64,000 nucleotides of DNA from an uncultured Actinomycetota bacterium (GTDB lineage Bacteria > Actinomycetota > Actinomycetes > JAFAQI01): the NCBI GenBank assembly GCA_963770565.1, contig CAVYQE010000011.1, positions 864,001-928,000 of the forward strand. Reading direction: 5' to 3'. Below are positions 41,481 to 51,692 of this stretch, one piece after another. Under the pieces are notes generated by a model that saw nothing but the letters and a program-made list of their open reading frames with translations, was not told the DNA's origin and did no database searches. Made by a program: the position numbers and the translations under genes. Each line of letters begins with the position of its first letter. Position 1 is the stretch's first letter.

Positions 41481-42575
41481 CTATCGCCCGGCCAGCGCCA
41501 GCTCGCCGAGGTCGAGGGCGCGCTCGACCACCCGCGCCTTGTGGGCCACGATCTCGGCATAGGGCAGCCCGTGCCGGCGCTCACTGGTCTCGATGTGCCC
41601 CTGCATCGCCGCGTTCATCGCCTGGAACGCGGCAAGCGGGCCGTAGTGCACGGATGCGGCGGCGGCGTACCAGCGTCGAAGCGAGGCCTCGTCGAGATCG
41701 ACCCCGGAGGTCCGAAGCCCGGACAGATATCCCTGCAGGACGTTGGCCTCGAGCTTGTCCAGCGGTGCGTCCGGCAGCACGAGCATCCAGACCGGGTCAA
41801 GAGTGAGCTGGTCGAGGTCCTGGCCGAGCGCGCCGATCCCGACCTGCGACCAGTCGATCGCGACGGTCGTGCCGTCGTCGGCCGCGATCAGGTTGGTCGG
41901 CCACAGGTCGCAGTGCACGACGGTCTGCGGCGCGGACTCGACGATCGCGAGCAGCTCCTCGCGGGCCGCCCACAGCTCCCGGGCCCGTGGCCGCAGGATC
42001 GCCATCGGCCCCTGCCAGACCTCAGTCCACAGCGAGTCGTCGTCAAGCGCGCCGATCTGGTTGCCGACGGTCTCGACCCAGCCGCGCAGCCAGCGCCGCG
42101 ACAGCCACTCGTCGGCCGGCAGGATGCTGCGCCCACAGGCGTACGCCGCCTGGGTCGTCGCAAGGTCGAACGCCGCGCTGTCGTAGTCGTCGATCTCCCA
42201 CTCGCCGCCCGGCCGGCCTTCGACGTCCTCCATCCAGATCCAGCACTCGTCATCCGCGGGTTGGGTCGCGAGCAGCGTGCGCGGCGCTCGCAGCTCGCCG
42301 GGCAGGGTGTCGAGCATGCCGCTGCTGTAGGCGAGCCACTCGCGCTTCCAGTAGTTGCGATGCGAGGGGTGCTCGCCCGAGACCCACATCGCCTCGGGGT
42401 CCGCGTCGTCGCCGTGCCTGACCACCTTGATCACGATCGAGAAGTCGTCACCGTGGACGCGGAAGACCCCGCCGGTGACCGAGTGCAGCCGCAGCTCAGG
42501 CTCGATCGGGTCGACGGCGTACGAGGTCACCTCTCGCCCGAGCGCGCGGGAGAGCTCTGCGGGATCGACGTTCAC
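41481..42575 (-). CDS. APH/choline-kinase-like phosphotransferase
   Basis: IVIKV, HCDLWPTNL, IDW. Confidence 0.82.
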   Translation of the reverse strand: MNVDPAELSRALGREVTSYAVDPIEPELRLHSVTGGVFRVHGDDFSIVIKVVRHGDDADPEAMWVSGEHPSHRNYWKREWLAYSSGMLDTLPGELRAPRTLLATQPADDECWIWMEDVEGRPGGEWEIDDYDSAAFDLATTQAAYACGRSILPADEWLSRRWLRGWVETVGNQIGALDDDSLWTEVWQGPMAILRPRARELWAAREELLAIVESAPQTVVHCDLWPTNLIAADDGTTVAIDWSQVGIGALGQDLDQLTLDPVWMLVLPDAPLDKLEANVLQGYLSGLRTSGVDLDEASLRRWYAAAASVHYGPLAAFQAMNAAMQGHIETSERRHGLPYAEIVAHKARVVERALDLGELALAGR

Positions 42576-42667
42576 TTCATGATCATGTCGCTCGTACCCG
42601 GGTGCCGCCCGGTCGAATCGCGGCGGCCGGGGTCACGAAAGGACAACGAGCGGCGAACGGTCCGAGC

Positions 42668-44485
42668 TCAGACCACCGCACGAGCCGGGCGATGCATCGG
42701 CCGCAGCCCACGCCGGTCGTCGAACGGCCGGGCCGCTTCGCGGCCGGCTTCGGCCGCGGCCAGCCACTCCTGCAGACCGCCCGCGCCGTTCGCGGGGGAG
42801 CACCAGGTGCCGTCGAGGGAGACCAGGCGGGCGCCCGGCCCGGCCAGCCAGGCCAGGATGTGCTCCATTTCTTCTGCGCTCGCCGCAGCCAGGGGCCCGA
42901 TCCCCGCGGTGACCACTTCGGCGGTCGACACCAGCGCCTCGACGTACGGCATCGCGCGGACCCCGGCCGGGACCGCCGACGCAGCGGCCAGTCGGCCGAA
43001 CCGTACGACGGCCAGGTCCCACCCGCCGGCGAATCCCGGGCGCGCGGCGACGAGCTGCGGGCAGGCGGACAGTGCGGTCAGCCGCTGCATCCGGCCCGAG
43101 ATCCGGACGAACGCGCTGGCCCGATCGCGGTGCGCAGCGGCCTCCTCGTAGCGCTCCTGTGCGCTCAGAGTGGCCATCCGGCGCCGGGCCGCGTCGAGCA
43201 ACGGCCGGGCGTCGCCGCTCATCAGCTCCCGCGCTGCTGCGGCGGTCGGGGCGTAGTCGTCGCGGCTGACCGCGCCCTCGCAGGGTGCGGCGCAGCGCCC
43301 CATCCCGGCCAGCACGCAGGCGGCGCTCGGGCGGCTCGGCGCGATCCGCTGCGTGCACTGGCGCAGCGGGACCGTCTCGTAGATCGCCGCCATCGCGGCC
43401 TGGGCGGTCTTCATCGAGCCGAACGGGCCGAGGTAGGTCGCGCCGTCGTCGCACACCCGGCGGACCAGGGCGAGTCGCGGGAACGGCTCGGCGGTGAGCT
43501 TGAGCCAGGCGGCGCGCTCGGGGAAGCGCGACCGGCGGTTGTAGCGCGGCTTGTGCTCGGCGATCAGGCGCAGCTCGCGGACCTCGGCTTCGAGCGGATG
43601 GGCGCAGGCGATCGCGTCGACCCGCTCGGCGATCCCGACCATCTCGGCCATCCGGGTCCGCGGCTCCGAGGCCAGGAAGTAGTTGCCGGACCCGGGCGCG
43701 GACGTGGCGGCTGCGTGCCGATGTAGAGCGGCTGCCCGCGATGGTCGCGGAAGATGTAGACGCCGGGCCCGTCGGGCAGCCCGTCGGCGAGGTGGCGCTT
43801 GCGTCGCTGCGCGGCGGTCGCCAGCCCGTTGAACGACACCAGCTCCTCGTAGGTGCCGACTCCCAGATTGCCGACCCGCTCGAGCAGCCCATGGAGGACG
43901 TCGGTTGTCGCACGGGCGTCGGCAAGGGCGCGGTGGCAGGGCGGGGTGGTGGCACGAAACAGCCTGGCCAAGGTCGCGAGCTTGCAGTTCGGGGCCTCGT
44001 CGCGGGTCAGCACCCGCCGGGCCAGCCTGGCGGTGTCGACGGAGTCGAAGCCCGGCCAGTCGAGCCCGAGCGTGGCCGCGCCGGCGCGCAGGAAGCCGAG
44101 GTCGAACGGCGCGTTGTGGGCCACCAGCACCGCGCCCCTTGGCGCACTCGAGGAACGCCGGGAGTACGGCGGGAAGGGCCGGCGCGGTTGCCACCATGGC
44201 GTCGGTGATCCCGGTCAGCACCGCGATGAACGGCGGAACACTGCACATCGGGTTGACCAGGGTCTGGAACTCGCCGAGCCGCTCACCGCCGCGGACCTTG
44301 ACCGCGCCGATCTCGGTAATTGCGGACAGCGCGGGCGAGCCGCCGGTGGTCTCGAGGTCGACGACCACGAAGGTCACCTCGGCGAGCGGCACGCCGAGCT
44401 CGTCGAAGGTGCCCTGGAGCGCGATCGTATGGCCGCGGGCCGGCCGGTCGGCCGACTCGCCGGTCGCGACCAGGCCCGCTGTCAT
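42668..44485 (-). CDS. DEDD exonuclease / GIY-YIG (UvrC-like) protein, with three apparent +1 insertions
   Basis: VVDLETTG, then [15 protein letters not shown] and GVYIF..LYIG in a second frame, then ERYEEAA; insertions near 44135-44138, 43713 and 43685. Confidence 0.88.
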   Translation of the reverse strand: MTAGLVATGESADRPARGHTIALQGTFDELGVPLAEVTFVVVDLETTGGSPALSAITEIGAVKVRGGERLGEFQTLVNPMCSVPPFIAVLTGITDAMVATAPALPAVLPAFLECAKGRGAGGPQRAVRPRLPARRRGHARARLAGLRLRRHRQAGPAGADPRRGPELQARDLGQAVSCHHPALPPRPCRRPCDNRRPPWAARAGRQSGSRHLRGAGVVQRAGDRRAATQAPPRRRAARRARRLHLPRPSRAAALHRHAAATSAPGSGNYFLASEPRTRMAEMVGIAERVDAIACAHPLEAEVRELRLIAEHKPRYNRRSRFPERAAWLKLTAEPFPRLALVRRVCDDGATYLGPFGSMKTAQAAMAAIYETVPLRQCTQRIAPSRPSAACVLAGMGRCAAPCEGAVSRDDYAPTAAAARELMSGDARPLLDAARRRMATLSAQERYEEAAAHRDRASAFVRISGRMQRLTALSACPQLVAARPGFAGGWDLAVVRFGRLAAASAVPAGVRAMPYVEALVSTAEVVTAGIGPLAAASAEEMEHILAWLAGPGARLVSLDGTWCSPANGAGGLQEWLAAAEAGREAARPFDDRRGLRPMHRPARAVV

Positions 44486-44614
44486 AGCCGTCACGGTAGG
44501 AGCGGTCCCCGACAAGTTCCGGGCAACGCGCCGCGACCGGTCGACCGGCGGCTCGGGTGAGATTTGTTGTCGGACCCTCGCTTTAGCGTCATGGGCAGTG
44601 ACGGAGGAGGCGAG

Positions 44615-44833
44615 ATGATCATCGATTGCGATCGGTGCGAGATGCGCGACGTGGCGTGTGACGACTGTGTGGTCTCGGTGCTGCTCGCGGCGCCGCGGGC
44701 CCGCGAGTCCGGCGACATCGAGTGGGGCGAGGCCGAGTCGGGAGCACTGCGCGCACTCGCCGCCGGAGGGCTGGTGCCGCCGGTGCGGATGCGGCCGAGG
44801 CGGGCGGCAGGCGGCGGTCGCGCGGTCGGGTGA
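44615..44833 (+). CDS. Small Cys-rich conserved hypothetical protein
   Basis: RBS GGAGG; IDCDRC...ACDDCVV; GLVPP. Confidence 0.8.
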   Translation: MIIDCDRCEMRDVACDDCVVSVLLAAPRARESGDIEWGEAESGALRALAAGGLVPPVRMRPRRAAGGGRAVG

Positions 44834-44987
44834 GCCGATGGGGTCTGTTACGGGTGTGACGCATGTGAAAGTCGCTCCGACGCGCCGGAGGCCCGGTTGG
44901 GGGTGCAGGCTTGGCGGTACCCGTAGGACTGGCTAGGGTGGCGTCAGTCGCTGCATCCATCTCCGCCAGCCGGGCGGAGAAGTGGCG

Positions 44988-45155
44988 GCTACCGCCGAGT
45001 CGCGGTCGGGTAACACCGACCAGAGCCGGGGACCCATTCCCCATTGGGGTGAATCGGTCCTCCGCCGGTTCGCTGGCAGCACGCCAGCAGACCGGCAGGG
45101 ACCGTAGGGCGATCTTCCCGCCCGAACCCGTCAGCTGACCCGGTAGGCGGTTGAG
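44988..45155 (+). ncRNA. c-di-AMP (ydaO/yuaA) riboswitch
   Basis: GGGGACCCA, TGGGGTGAATC, TAGGG, CCCGAACCCGTCAGCTGACCCGGTAGGC; ACCGCC/GGCGGT closing stem; sits upstream of a cell-wall hydrolase. Confidence 0.92.
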
Positions 45156-45175
45156 GAAGAAGGAGAGCCGCCCGC

Positions 45176-46246
45176 GTGGCGATGAGTTCTCTTTCGAGTG
45201 GTGGCGCTCGGCCATCCGCTCGCATCAGAAGCCTGCGTCTTCCCGTCCTGGCCTGCGCCGCCGCGGCGATCGCGGCGAGCGTGATCCCGACCGGCGTCGG
45301 TGGCGCGGCTCCGGCCTCGCACCTGTCGCTGCACACCGTGGAGTCGCGGATCTCGGCGCTGAACGCCCGGGCCGAGCGGATCACCGAGGCTTACGACAGC
45401 GCCACCACCCAGCTCGGCGCGTTGCAGCGCAAGGAGCGGGCCACGAACGCCTTGCTGGCGCGTGACCGGGCCCTGCTCGCGAAGGTCGAGCGACGCGTCG
45501 CGGCCGGCGCGGCTGCGGCCTACCGGACCGGCGGTCTCGACCCGACGCTGTCACTGGTGTCCTCCGGCAGCCCGCAGACCTTCCTCGACCAGACCGCCAG
45601 CCTCGACGAGGTGGCCCGCTACGACGCCAGCCAGGTCGCCGAGGCAGACGCCGCGCAGCGCCAGGTCGCCGCGGCCGAGGTGGTCCACAACGCTCAGGTC
45701 GCCCAGCAGAAGGCGACCTTGGCAGCGATCTCGAGCGCACGCACCCAGATCAACGGCTTGCTCAGCCAGCAGAACCAGCTGCTCGACCGGCTCAAGGCCG
45801 CGCAGCGGGCCCGGCTCGCCAACCAGGAGAACGCGCGGGCCACGCACGAGACGTCGCTCCGCCACAGCTACAACCCGCCGCCGTACACCGGCGCGGCGAG
45901 TGGCCGGGCCGCGATCGCGGTGCGGTACGCCTACGCCCAGCTCGGCAAGCCCTACCAGTGGGGTGGCGCCGGCCCGAACAGCTTCGACTGCTCCGGCCTG
46001 ACCATGCGGTCGTGGGGCGCGGCCGGCGTGAGTCTTCCGCACAGTGCGGCCGGCCAGCAGGCCGAGCTTCCACGGGTGTCGCTGTCCGCACTCGAGCCCG
46101 GTGACCTGGTCTTCTTCGGCGATCCGGCCTACCACACCGCGATCTACATCGGCGGCGGCGAGATCATCCAGGCCCCCCACACCGGCGCGGTCGTGGAGAT
46201 CAGCTCGCTGTCCGACATGCCACCGACGAGCGCCGGGCGGCCGTAG
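45176..46246 (+). CDS. NlpC/P60 (C40) peptidoglycan endopeptidase with a coiled coil
   Basis: Signal peptide; QLGKPYQWGG, FDCSGL, PGDLVFF, HTAIYIG. Confidence 0.93.
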   Translation: MAMSSLSSGGARPSARIRSLRLPVLACAAAAIAASVIPTGVGGAAPASHLSLHTVESRISALNARAERITEAYDSATTQLGALQRKERATNALLARDRALLAKVERRVAAGAAAAYRTGGLDPTLSLVSSGSPQTFLDQTASLDEVARYDASQVAEADAAQRQVAAAEVVHNAQVAQQKATLAAISSARTQINGLLSQQNQLLDRLKAAQRARLANQENARATHETSLRHSYNPPPYTGAASGRAAIAVRYAYAQLGKPYQWGGAGPNSFDCSGLTMRSWGAAGVSLPHSAAGQQAELPRVSLSALEPGDLVFFGDPAYHTAIYIGGGEIIQAPHTGAVVEISSLSDMPPTSAGRP

Positions 46247-46369
46247 CCCGCACGGTTGCGCGCCGCGCCCGAATGGCGGCAATTTGCGTTTGGCTTGTGG
46301 CCGGCGTGGCGGACGAGGCAGACTTCTTGATGGGCGGGACATCCCGGTCCTGATCCGGGAGGTCCGCGC

Positions 46370-47236
46370 GTGCGCCAGTTGGAAGTCGTTGCCGTCAGTG
46401 ATGACGGCACCCAGGTGCTGCTGGCGAGCGCCCAAGGTGCCGCCAAAGCGACCCACGCGGTCCGGATCGACGGCCGGCTGCACGCCGCGGTCCGCGGCAC
46501 GCTGAACGACGCGGATCGGCGCGAGAGCGCACTCTCGCCGAAGGAGATCCAGTCCCGGCTGCGTGCCGGAGATGCGGTCGAGCAGGTCGCCAAGGTCGCC
46601 AACGTGCCGATCGCCCGGGTGATGCGCTACGCCGGCCCGGTGATCTCCGAGCGTGAACGGATCGTCGACCAGGCCCGGGCTGCGGTGTTGCAGCGCCCGC
46701 GCGGTGCCAACGCCGCGGAGACCGCCCCGCTCGGCGTCATGGTCGAGAAGCGGCTGGCCCAGACCCCGGGGCTTCGCACCGAGACGGTGGCCTGGACCGC
46801 CAAGCGCCGTGGTGACGGGGCCTGGGTCGTCGCGCTGACCTACGCGGCGAAGGGCGGGGCGCGGACCGCGTCGTGGCTCTGGCAGCCGGCCAGCCGGGCG
46901 CTGACCTCGCTGAACGCGCTTGCCACTCGCCTCGGTGCCGCCGATGTCGTGCCACCGCCACGCCGTAAGCGGCCCGCCCCGCCGCGCCGATCCACCGTGA
47001 CCCGAACGCCGGCCCGCCAGCCGAGTACGTCGCCCACGCCGCCCGCCGCCGCGACGCCGGTGACGAGGGGGAAGAACGGCCGGGTCGCCGTACCGTCCTG
47101 GTCGGACGTGCTGATCGGCGTCCAGGCGCCGGCCGCGGCGCGGGGCGTCACCGCCAAGTCGCCCGCGAAGACTGCGAAGCGGGTCGCCCCCAAGTCCAGT
47201 GCCAAAGGCGCCGCACGGGGCCGCCCTCGGTCGTGA
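46370..47236 (+). CDS. sepH: SepH-like septation protein (DUF3071)
   Basis: LEVVAVSDDG, LSPKEIQSRLRAG, RYAGPVISER, VPSWSDVL. Confidence 0.8.
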   Translation: MRQLEVVAVSDDGTQVLLASAQGAAKATHAVRIDGRLHAAVRGTLNDADRRESALSPKEIQSRLRAGDAVEQVAKVANVPIARVMRYAGPVISERERIVDQARAAVLQRPRGANAAETAPLGVMVEKRLAQTPGLRTETVAWTAKRRGDGAWVVALTYAAKGGARTASWLWQPASRALTSLNALATRLGAADVVPPPRRKRPAPPRRSTVTRTPARQPSTSPTPPAAATPVTRGKNGRVAVPSWSDVLIGVQAPAAARGVTAKSPAKTAKRVAPKSSAKGAARGRPRS

Positions 47237-48585
47237 CCGTGCCGCCGGAGGCACCTCGCGCTCGCCGTGACCTGAGGCCGGTCCTCGCGCTGTTGATCCT
47301 GATGACGTTGGGTGCCAGCCTCGCCACCCTGGTGGTGCGCAGCGGGGATCCCGGCGCCAGCCCGGCCGGGCCCCGGCCGGCCGCAACCGATGTGGCGGCG
47401 GCCCGGCACGAGCCCCGGCTGGTCGCCATTCGCGACCTGCTCGAGGCCCGGTCGACCGCGATCCTGCACCACGACCGGGCCGCGTTCCTGTCGACCGTCG
47501 ACCCGAGCGAGACGGCGTTCTACGCCTCGCAGGCGAAGATGTTCGCCAACCTCGCCAAGGTGAAATTCGCCTCGTGGTCCTACTCCATGAGCCGGCATCC
47601 GGCCAGCTACGACGGCGGCAAGCTGCTCGCCTACAACGCTCCGGCGTGGGCGCCGGCCCGGTTCGCGCTGCGATACCGGATCGCCGGGTTCGATCTGGCG
47701 CCGACCAGGCTGCGCCAGTATCCGACCTTCGTCGAGCGGTCCGGCCTCTGGTTGCTGGCGTCATTCTCGGACTTCGCGAGGCGGGGCCAGGTCTCGGCGA
47801 CCGACCTGTGGGACTACGCGCCGGTGCAGGTCGTGCACCTGGGCAACGTGCTCGTGCTCGGACCCTCCACCGAGCAGGCCACCCTGCTCGACGTGGCGAC
47901 CGAGGCACAGATGGAGATCGCGGCGGTCACCAAGGTGTGGGGGAGCGGCTGGGCGCGCCGGGTAGTCGTCCAGGTGCCGGCCACCCAGCACGAGATGGCG
48001 TTGATCACCGACGATCCCGACGACCTCGACCAGATCGCGGCGCTGACCAGTGCCGAGCTCAGCGACCGGCGCGGGCGGCCCGATCCGGTCGGTGACCGGA
48101 TCACCGTCAACCCCTACGTCTGGCCGAGCCTGAGCGCGCTCGGCACCTCAGTGCTCATGGCGCACGAACTCACCCATATCGCGACCCGGGCGGACACCGG
48201 CGTCCAGACGCCCAGGTGGTTGGAGGAGGGCTTCGCGGACTACGTCGGCTTCCACGCCGTGAAGGTCATCCCGGTGGCGACGTTCGGGGCCGAGCTGGCG
48301 AAGCAGGTGCGAGCCGGCCGGCTGCCGCGCTCGCTGCCGACCGCAGCGAACTTCCGGGGTGGCGCGCGCGGCCTGGCCCGGTCCTACGAGGAGGCCTGGC
48401 TGGCCTGCGGGTACATCGCCCAACGGGCCGGCCAGCCCGGACTCGTCCGCTTCTACCGGTTGGTCGGCCGGTCCCGAAAGCCGACCGGACCTGCCGTGAC
48501 GAGCGCACTGCATCGCGTGCTGCGCCTCACCCCGGTCCGGTTCGTCGCGCGCTGGCGCCACTACGTCGAGAAGCAGCTCGGATGA
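47233..48585 (+). CDS. Membrane-anchored or secreted MA-clan metallopeptidase-like protein
   Basis: N-terminal TM; HELTH...PRWLEEGFADY. Confidence 0.8.
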   Translation: MTVPPEAPRARRDLRPVLALLILMTLGASLATLVVRSGDPGASPAGPRPAATDVAAARHEPRLVAIRDLLEARSTAILHHDRAAFLSTVDPSETAFYASQAKMFANLAKVKFASWSYSMSRHPASYDGGKLLAYNAPAWAPARFALRYRIAGFDLAPTRLRQYPTFVERSGLWLLASFSDFARRGQVSATDLWDYAPVQVVHLGNVLVLGPSTEQATLLDVATEAQMEIAAVTKVWGSGWARRVVVQVPATQHEMALITDDPDDLDQIAALTSAELSDRRGRPDPVGDRITVNPYVWPSLSALGTSVLMAHELTHIATRADTGVQTPRWLEEGFADYVGFHAVKVIPVATFGAELAKQVRAGRLPRSLPTAANFRGGARGLARSYEEAWLACGYIAQRAGQPGLVRFYRLVGRSRKPTGPAVTSALHRVLRLTPVRFVARWRHYVEKQLG

Positions 48586-49730
48586 CCCCGCCGCGCCTGC
48601 TCGTCGTCACCAACGACTTCCCACCCCGGCCGGGCGGGATCCAGTCCTTCGTCCACGGCGTGGTGTCGCGGTTGCCGGCCGACCGGGTCGTGGTGTTGAC
48701 CTCGCGCTGGCGCGACTGGGAAGCCTGGGATCACCGCGCGCCGTTCGAGGTCGTCCGCCACGACACCTCGGTCCTGCTGCCGACCCCCGCGGTACGACGG
48801 CAGGCGACCGCACTGCTTCGCGACCACGGCTGCACCGCGGTGTGGTTCGGTGCCGCCGCGCCGCTGGGCTTGCTCGCGCCGGCCTTGCGCGCGGCCGGTG
48901 CGGACCGGCTGGTCGCGACGACCCACGGCCACGAGGCGGGCTGGGCCCGGTTGCCGGGTGCTCGGTCGCTGCTGCGGCGGATCGCGGCCAACGTCGACGC
49001 GCTGACCTACCTCGGTGACTACACCCGGGCGCCGCTGGCGAAAGCGGTGGCGCCGTACGGTGACCGGCTGCAACGGCTGGTGCCGGCGGTCGATGCCGAG
49101 GTCTTCCGCCCGGACGCCGGCGGGCGGGAGCTGCGCGCGACGCTCGGGCTGGCCGACCGGCCGGTCGTCGTCTGCGTGTCGCGGCTGATGCCGCGCAAGG
49201 GCCAGGACGTGCTGATCAAGGCGCTGCCGGAGATCCGGCGCCGGGTGCCCGACACCGCGATCGTGCTGGTCGGCGGCGGTCCGTCGCGCCGGCGGCTGAC
49301 CCGGCTCGCCGCCGAGTTGGGTGTCACCGAGCACGTGCACTTCACCGGATCGGTCGACCACGACGACCTGCCGGCCTGGTACGGCGCTGGCGACGTGTTC
49401 GCGATGCCCTGCCGAGCCCGGCTGGGCGGTCTTGACGTCGAAGGCCTGGGAATGGTCTTCCTGGAGGCGGCTGCCTGCGGGCTGCCGGTCGTTGCCGGCG
49501 TCTCCGGCGGGTCGGTCGATGCCGTCCTCGACGGCCGGACCGGCAGGCTGGTCGACGGCACCGCCGCCGGTTCGGTCGCGACCGCCGTGGCCGAACTGCT
49601 CGCCGATCCGGCCCGGGCCGCGCAGATGGGGGCCGAAGGCCGGGCTTGGGTCAGCAGCGCCTGGTCGTGGGAGTCCACCGTGGCCGACCTGGTGGCGATG
49701 CTCGGCGGTCAGTCCTTCGATCGGGAGTAG
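48582..49730 (+). CDS. GT4 glycosyltransferase (PimB'-like)
   Basis: VTNDFPPRPGGIQ, THGHE, RLMPRKGQD, EGLGMVFLEA. Confidence 0.9.
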   Translation: MTPPRLLVVTNDFPPRPGGIQSFVHGVVSRLPADRVVVLTSRWRDWEAWDHRAPFEVVRHDTSVLLPTPAVRRQATALLRDHGCTAVWFGAAAPLGLLAPALRAAGADRLVATTHGHEAGWARLPGARSLLRRIAANVDALTYLGDYTRAPLAKAVAPYGDRLQRLVPAVDAEVFRPDAGGRELRATLGLADRPVVVCVSRLMPRKGQDVLIKALPEIRRRVPDTAIVLVGGGPSRRRLTRLAAELGVTEHVHFTGSVDHDDLPAWYGAGDVFAMPCRARLGGLDVEGLGMVFLEAAACGLPVVAGVSGGSVDAVLDGRTGRLVDGTAAGSVATAVAELLADPARAAQMGAEGRAWVSSAWSWESTVADLVAMLGGQSFDRE

Positions 49731-51511
49731 ATCGCCGCGACCTCGTCCGCGTAGTCCTCGAGCACGACGTTCCGCTTGACCTTGAGCGACGGGGTGAGCC
49801 GGCCGTTCTCGACCGTCCAGTCGGCGGAGAGGATCCGGAACGACTTGATCGCCTCGGCCTTCGACACCGCCTTGTTGGCCTCGTCGACGGCCGACTGGAT
49901 CGAGGCCCGCAGGTCGGGGTCGTCGACCAGGTCCGCGACGGTGGCAGTGTCCGGCTTGCCGTGCTCGGCCCGCCAGGCCGGGAAGGCCTCCTCGTCGATC
50001 GTGACGAGTGCGCCGATGAACGGCTTCTGGTCGCCGACGACGAGGCACTGACTGACCAGCGCGTTGGCCCGGAGCCGGTCCTCGAGCACCGCGGGGGCGA
50101 CGTTCTTGCCGCCCGCGGTCACGATCAGCTCCTTCTTCCGCCCGGTGATCGTGAGGTAGCCCTCGGCGTCGAGCTCACCGATGTCGCCGGTCCGGAACCA
50201 GCCGTCGTCGATCGCCTCGTCGGTGGCCTTGACGTTGTTGTAGTAGCCGCCGAAGATGTGGCCGCCCTTGAGCAGGATCTCGCCGTCATCGGCGATCCGG
50301 ACCGTGCAGCCCGGGATCGGCCGGCCGACCGAGCCGACCTTCATCGCGTCCGGGCGGTTGACCGTCGCGCCCGCGGTCGTCTCGGTCAGCCCGTAGCCCT
50401 CGTAGATCGGGATGCCGCAGCCGCGGAAGAAGTGCCCGAGCCGGGCGCCGAGTGGAGCACCGCCGGAGATCGCGCCGCGCGTCTCGCCGCCGAGCGCGGC
50501 CCGCAGCTTGGCGTACACCAGCTTGTCGAAGATCCGGTGCGGCACCTCGTACATGGACCGCTTCAGCACGCCCCCGTCGAGCGCCTTGCTGTACTCGATC
50601 GCCACGTTCTCGGCGAGGTCGAAGACCTTGCCCTTGCCGTCGGCGTGCGCGCGCTGCTTCGCGGTGTTGTAGACCTTCTCGAACACCCGCGGCACCGACA
50701 GTACGAAGGTCGGCTTGAACGCGGCGAGGTCCGGCATCAGGTTCTTGATGTCCGCGGTGTGCCCCATCCGTACGCCGGTTTGCACACACCCGATCTCGAT
50801 CACCCGGGCGAAGACATGGGCGAGCGGCAGGAAGAGCAGCGTCGACTGGTCCTCACCGAACAGCTCGTCGAGGCCTTCGACCGTCGAGGTCGCGTCGAAC
50901 AGGAAGTTGTAGTGGGTGAGCTCGCAACCCTTGGGTCGCCCGGTCGTTCCCGAGGTGTAGATGATCGTCGCCAGGCTGGCCGGCGTGAGGGTGCGCCGGC
51001 GTTGCTCGATCTCGTCGTAGCTGATCCCTTTGCCGGCCGCGACCAGCTCGTCGATCGACCCGCCGTCGATGCTCCAGACGTTGCGAACGTTGCTGAGCGA
51101 GCCGCTGACCTCGTCATAGCTTTTGCGGTGGGAGTCCCCCTCACAGAAGATCGCGACCGCGCCGGAGTCCGAGACGATCCACTGGATCTGCTCGGAGGAG
51201 GAGGTCTCGTAGATCGGCACCGGGACCGCGCCCGCGGTCCAGATCGCGTAGTCGAGCACGGTCCACTCGTAGCGGGTGCTGGACATGATGCAGACCCGCT
51301 CGTTCGGCTGGATGCCCGACGCGATCAGCCCGGCGGCAACCGAGATCACCTCGTCGGCGAACTGCTTGGCCGTCACCGGCTGCCAGGCGCCGTCGATCTT
51401 GCGGTCGAAGATCACCTGGCCGGGCTGTTCGGCGGCCCGCGCGACCACCGTGTCGGTCAGGTTGGCGTCGCCCGGAATCTCGAACTCCGCTGCTACCGAG
51501 AACTCAGCCAC
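49709..51511 (-). CDS. fadD: Long-chain fatty acid-CoA ligase
   Basis: YTSGTTGRPKG, EGYGLTET, GWFRTGD, TPSLKVKR. Confidence 0.93.
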   Translation of the reverse strand: MAEFSVAAEFEIPGDANLTDTVVARAAEQPGQVIFDRKIDGAWQPVTAKQFADEVISVAAGLIASGIQPNERVCIMSSTRYEWTVLDYAIWTAGAVPVPIYETSSSEQIQWIVSDSGAVAIFCEGDSHRKSYDEVSGSLSNVRNVWSIDGGSIDELVAAGKGISYDEIEQRRRTLTPASLATIIYTSGTTGRPKGCELTHYNFLFDATSTVEGLDELFGEDQSTLLFLPLAHVFARVIEIGCVQTGVRMGHTADIKNLMPDLAAFKPTFVLSVPRVFEKVYNTAKQRAHADGKGKVFDLAENVAIEYSKALDGGVLKRSMYEVPHRIFDKLVYAKLRAALGGETRGAISGGAPLGARLGHFFRGCGIPIYEGYGLTETTAGATVNRPDAMKVGSVGRPIPGCTVRIADDGEILLKGGHIFGGYYNNVKATDEAIDDGWFRTGDIGELDAEGYLTITGRKKELIVTAGGKNVAPAVLEDRLRANALVSQCLVVGDQKPFIGALVTIDEEAFPAWRAEHGKPDTATVADLVDDPDLRASIQSAVDEANKAVSKAEAIKSFRILSADWTVENGRLTPSLKVKRNVVLEDYADEVAAIYSRSKD

Positions 51512-51692
51512 GCCGCCCCTCGATCTGGCTCCGGCTGATCGAAGCGCCCCTGTCGGGGCTCCGCCGGCGCCAAGCAGGACACTAGTCGCGATATCCCCTC
51601 AGCGTAAGGGGAACTCTGAGGCCGGCTCACCCGTTCGATCCAGGCCGAGATCGGCCATTCAGTCCAGCGGCGGACCTGCCGAGGATTGCTAG

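Noticed and set aside
41481-42575. Aminoglycoside resistance gene
   Set aside because: Only generic kinase-fold motifs are visible; the substrate cannot be assigned.
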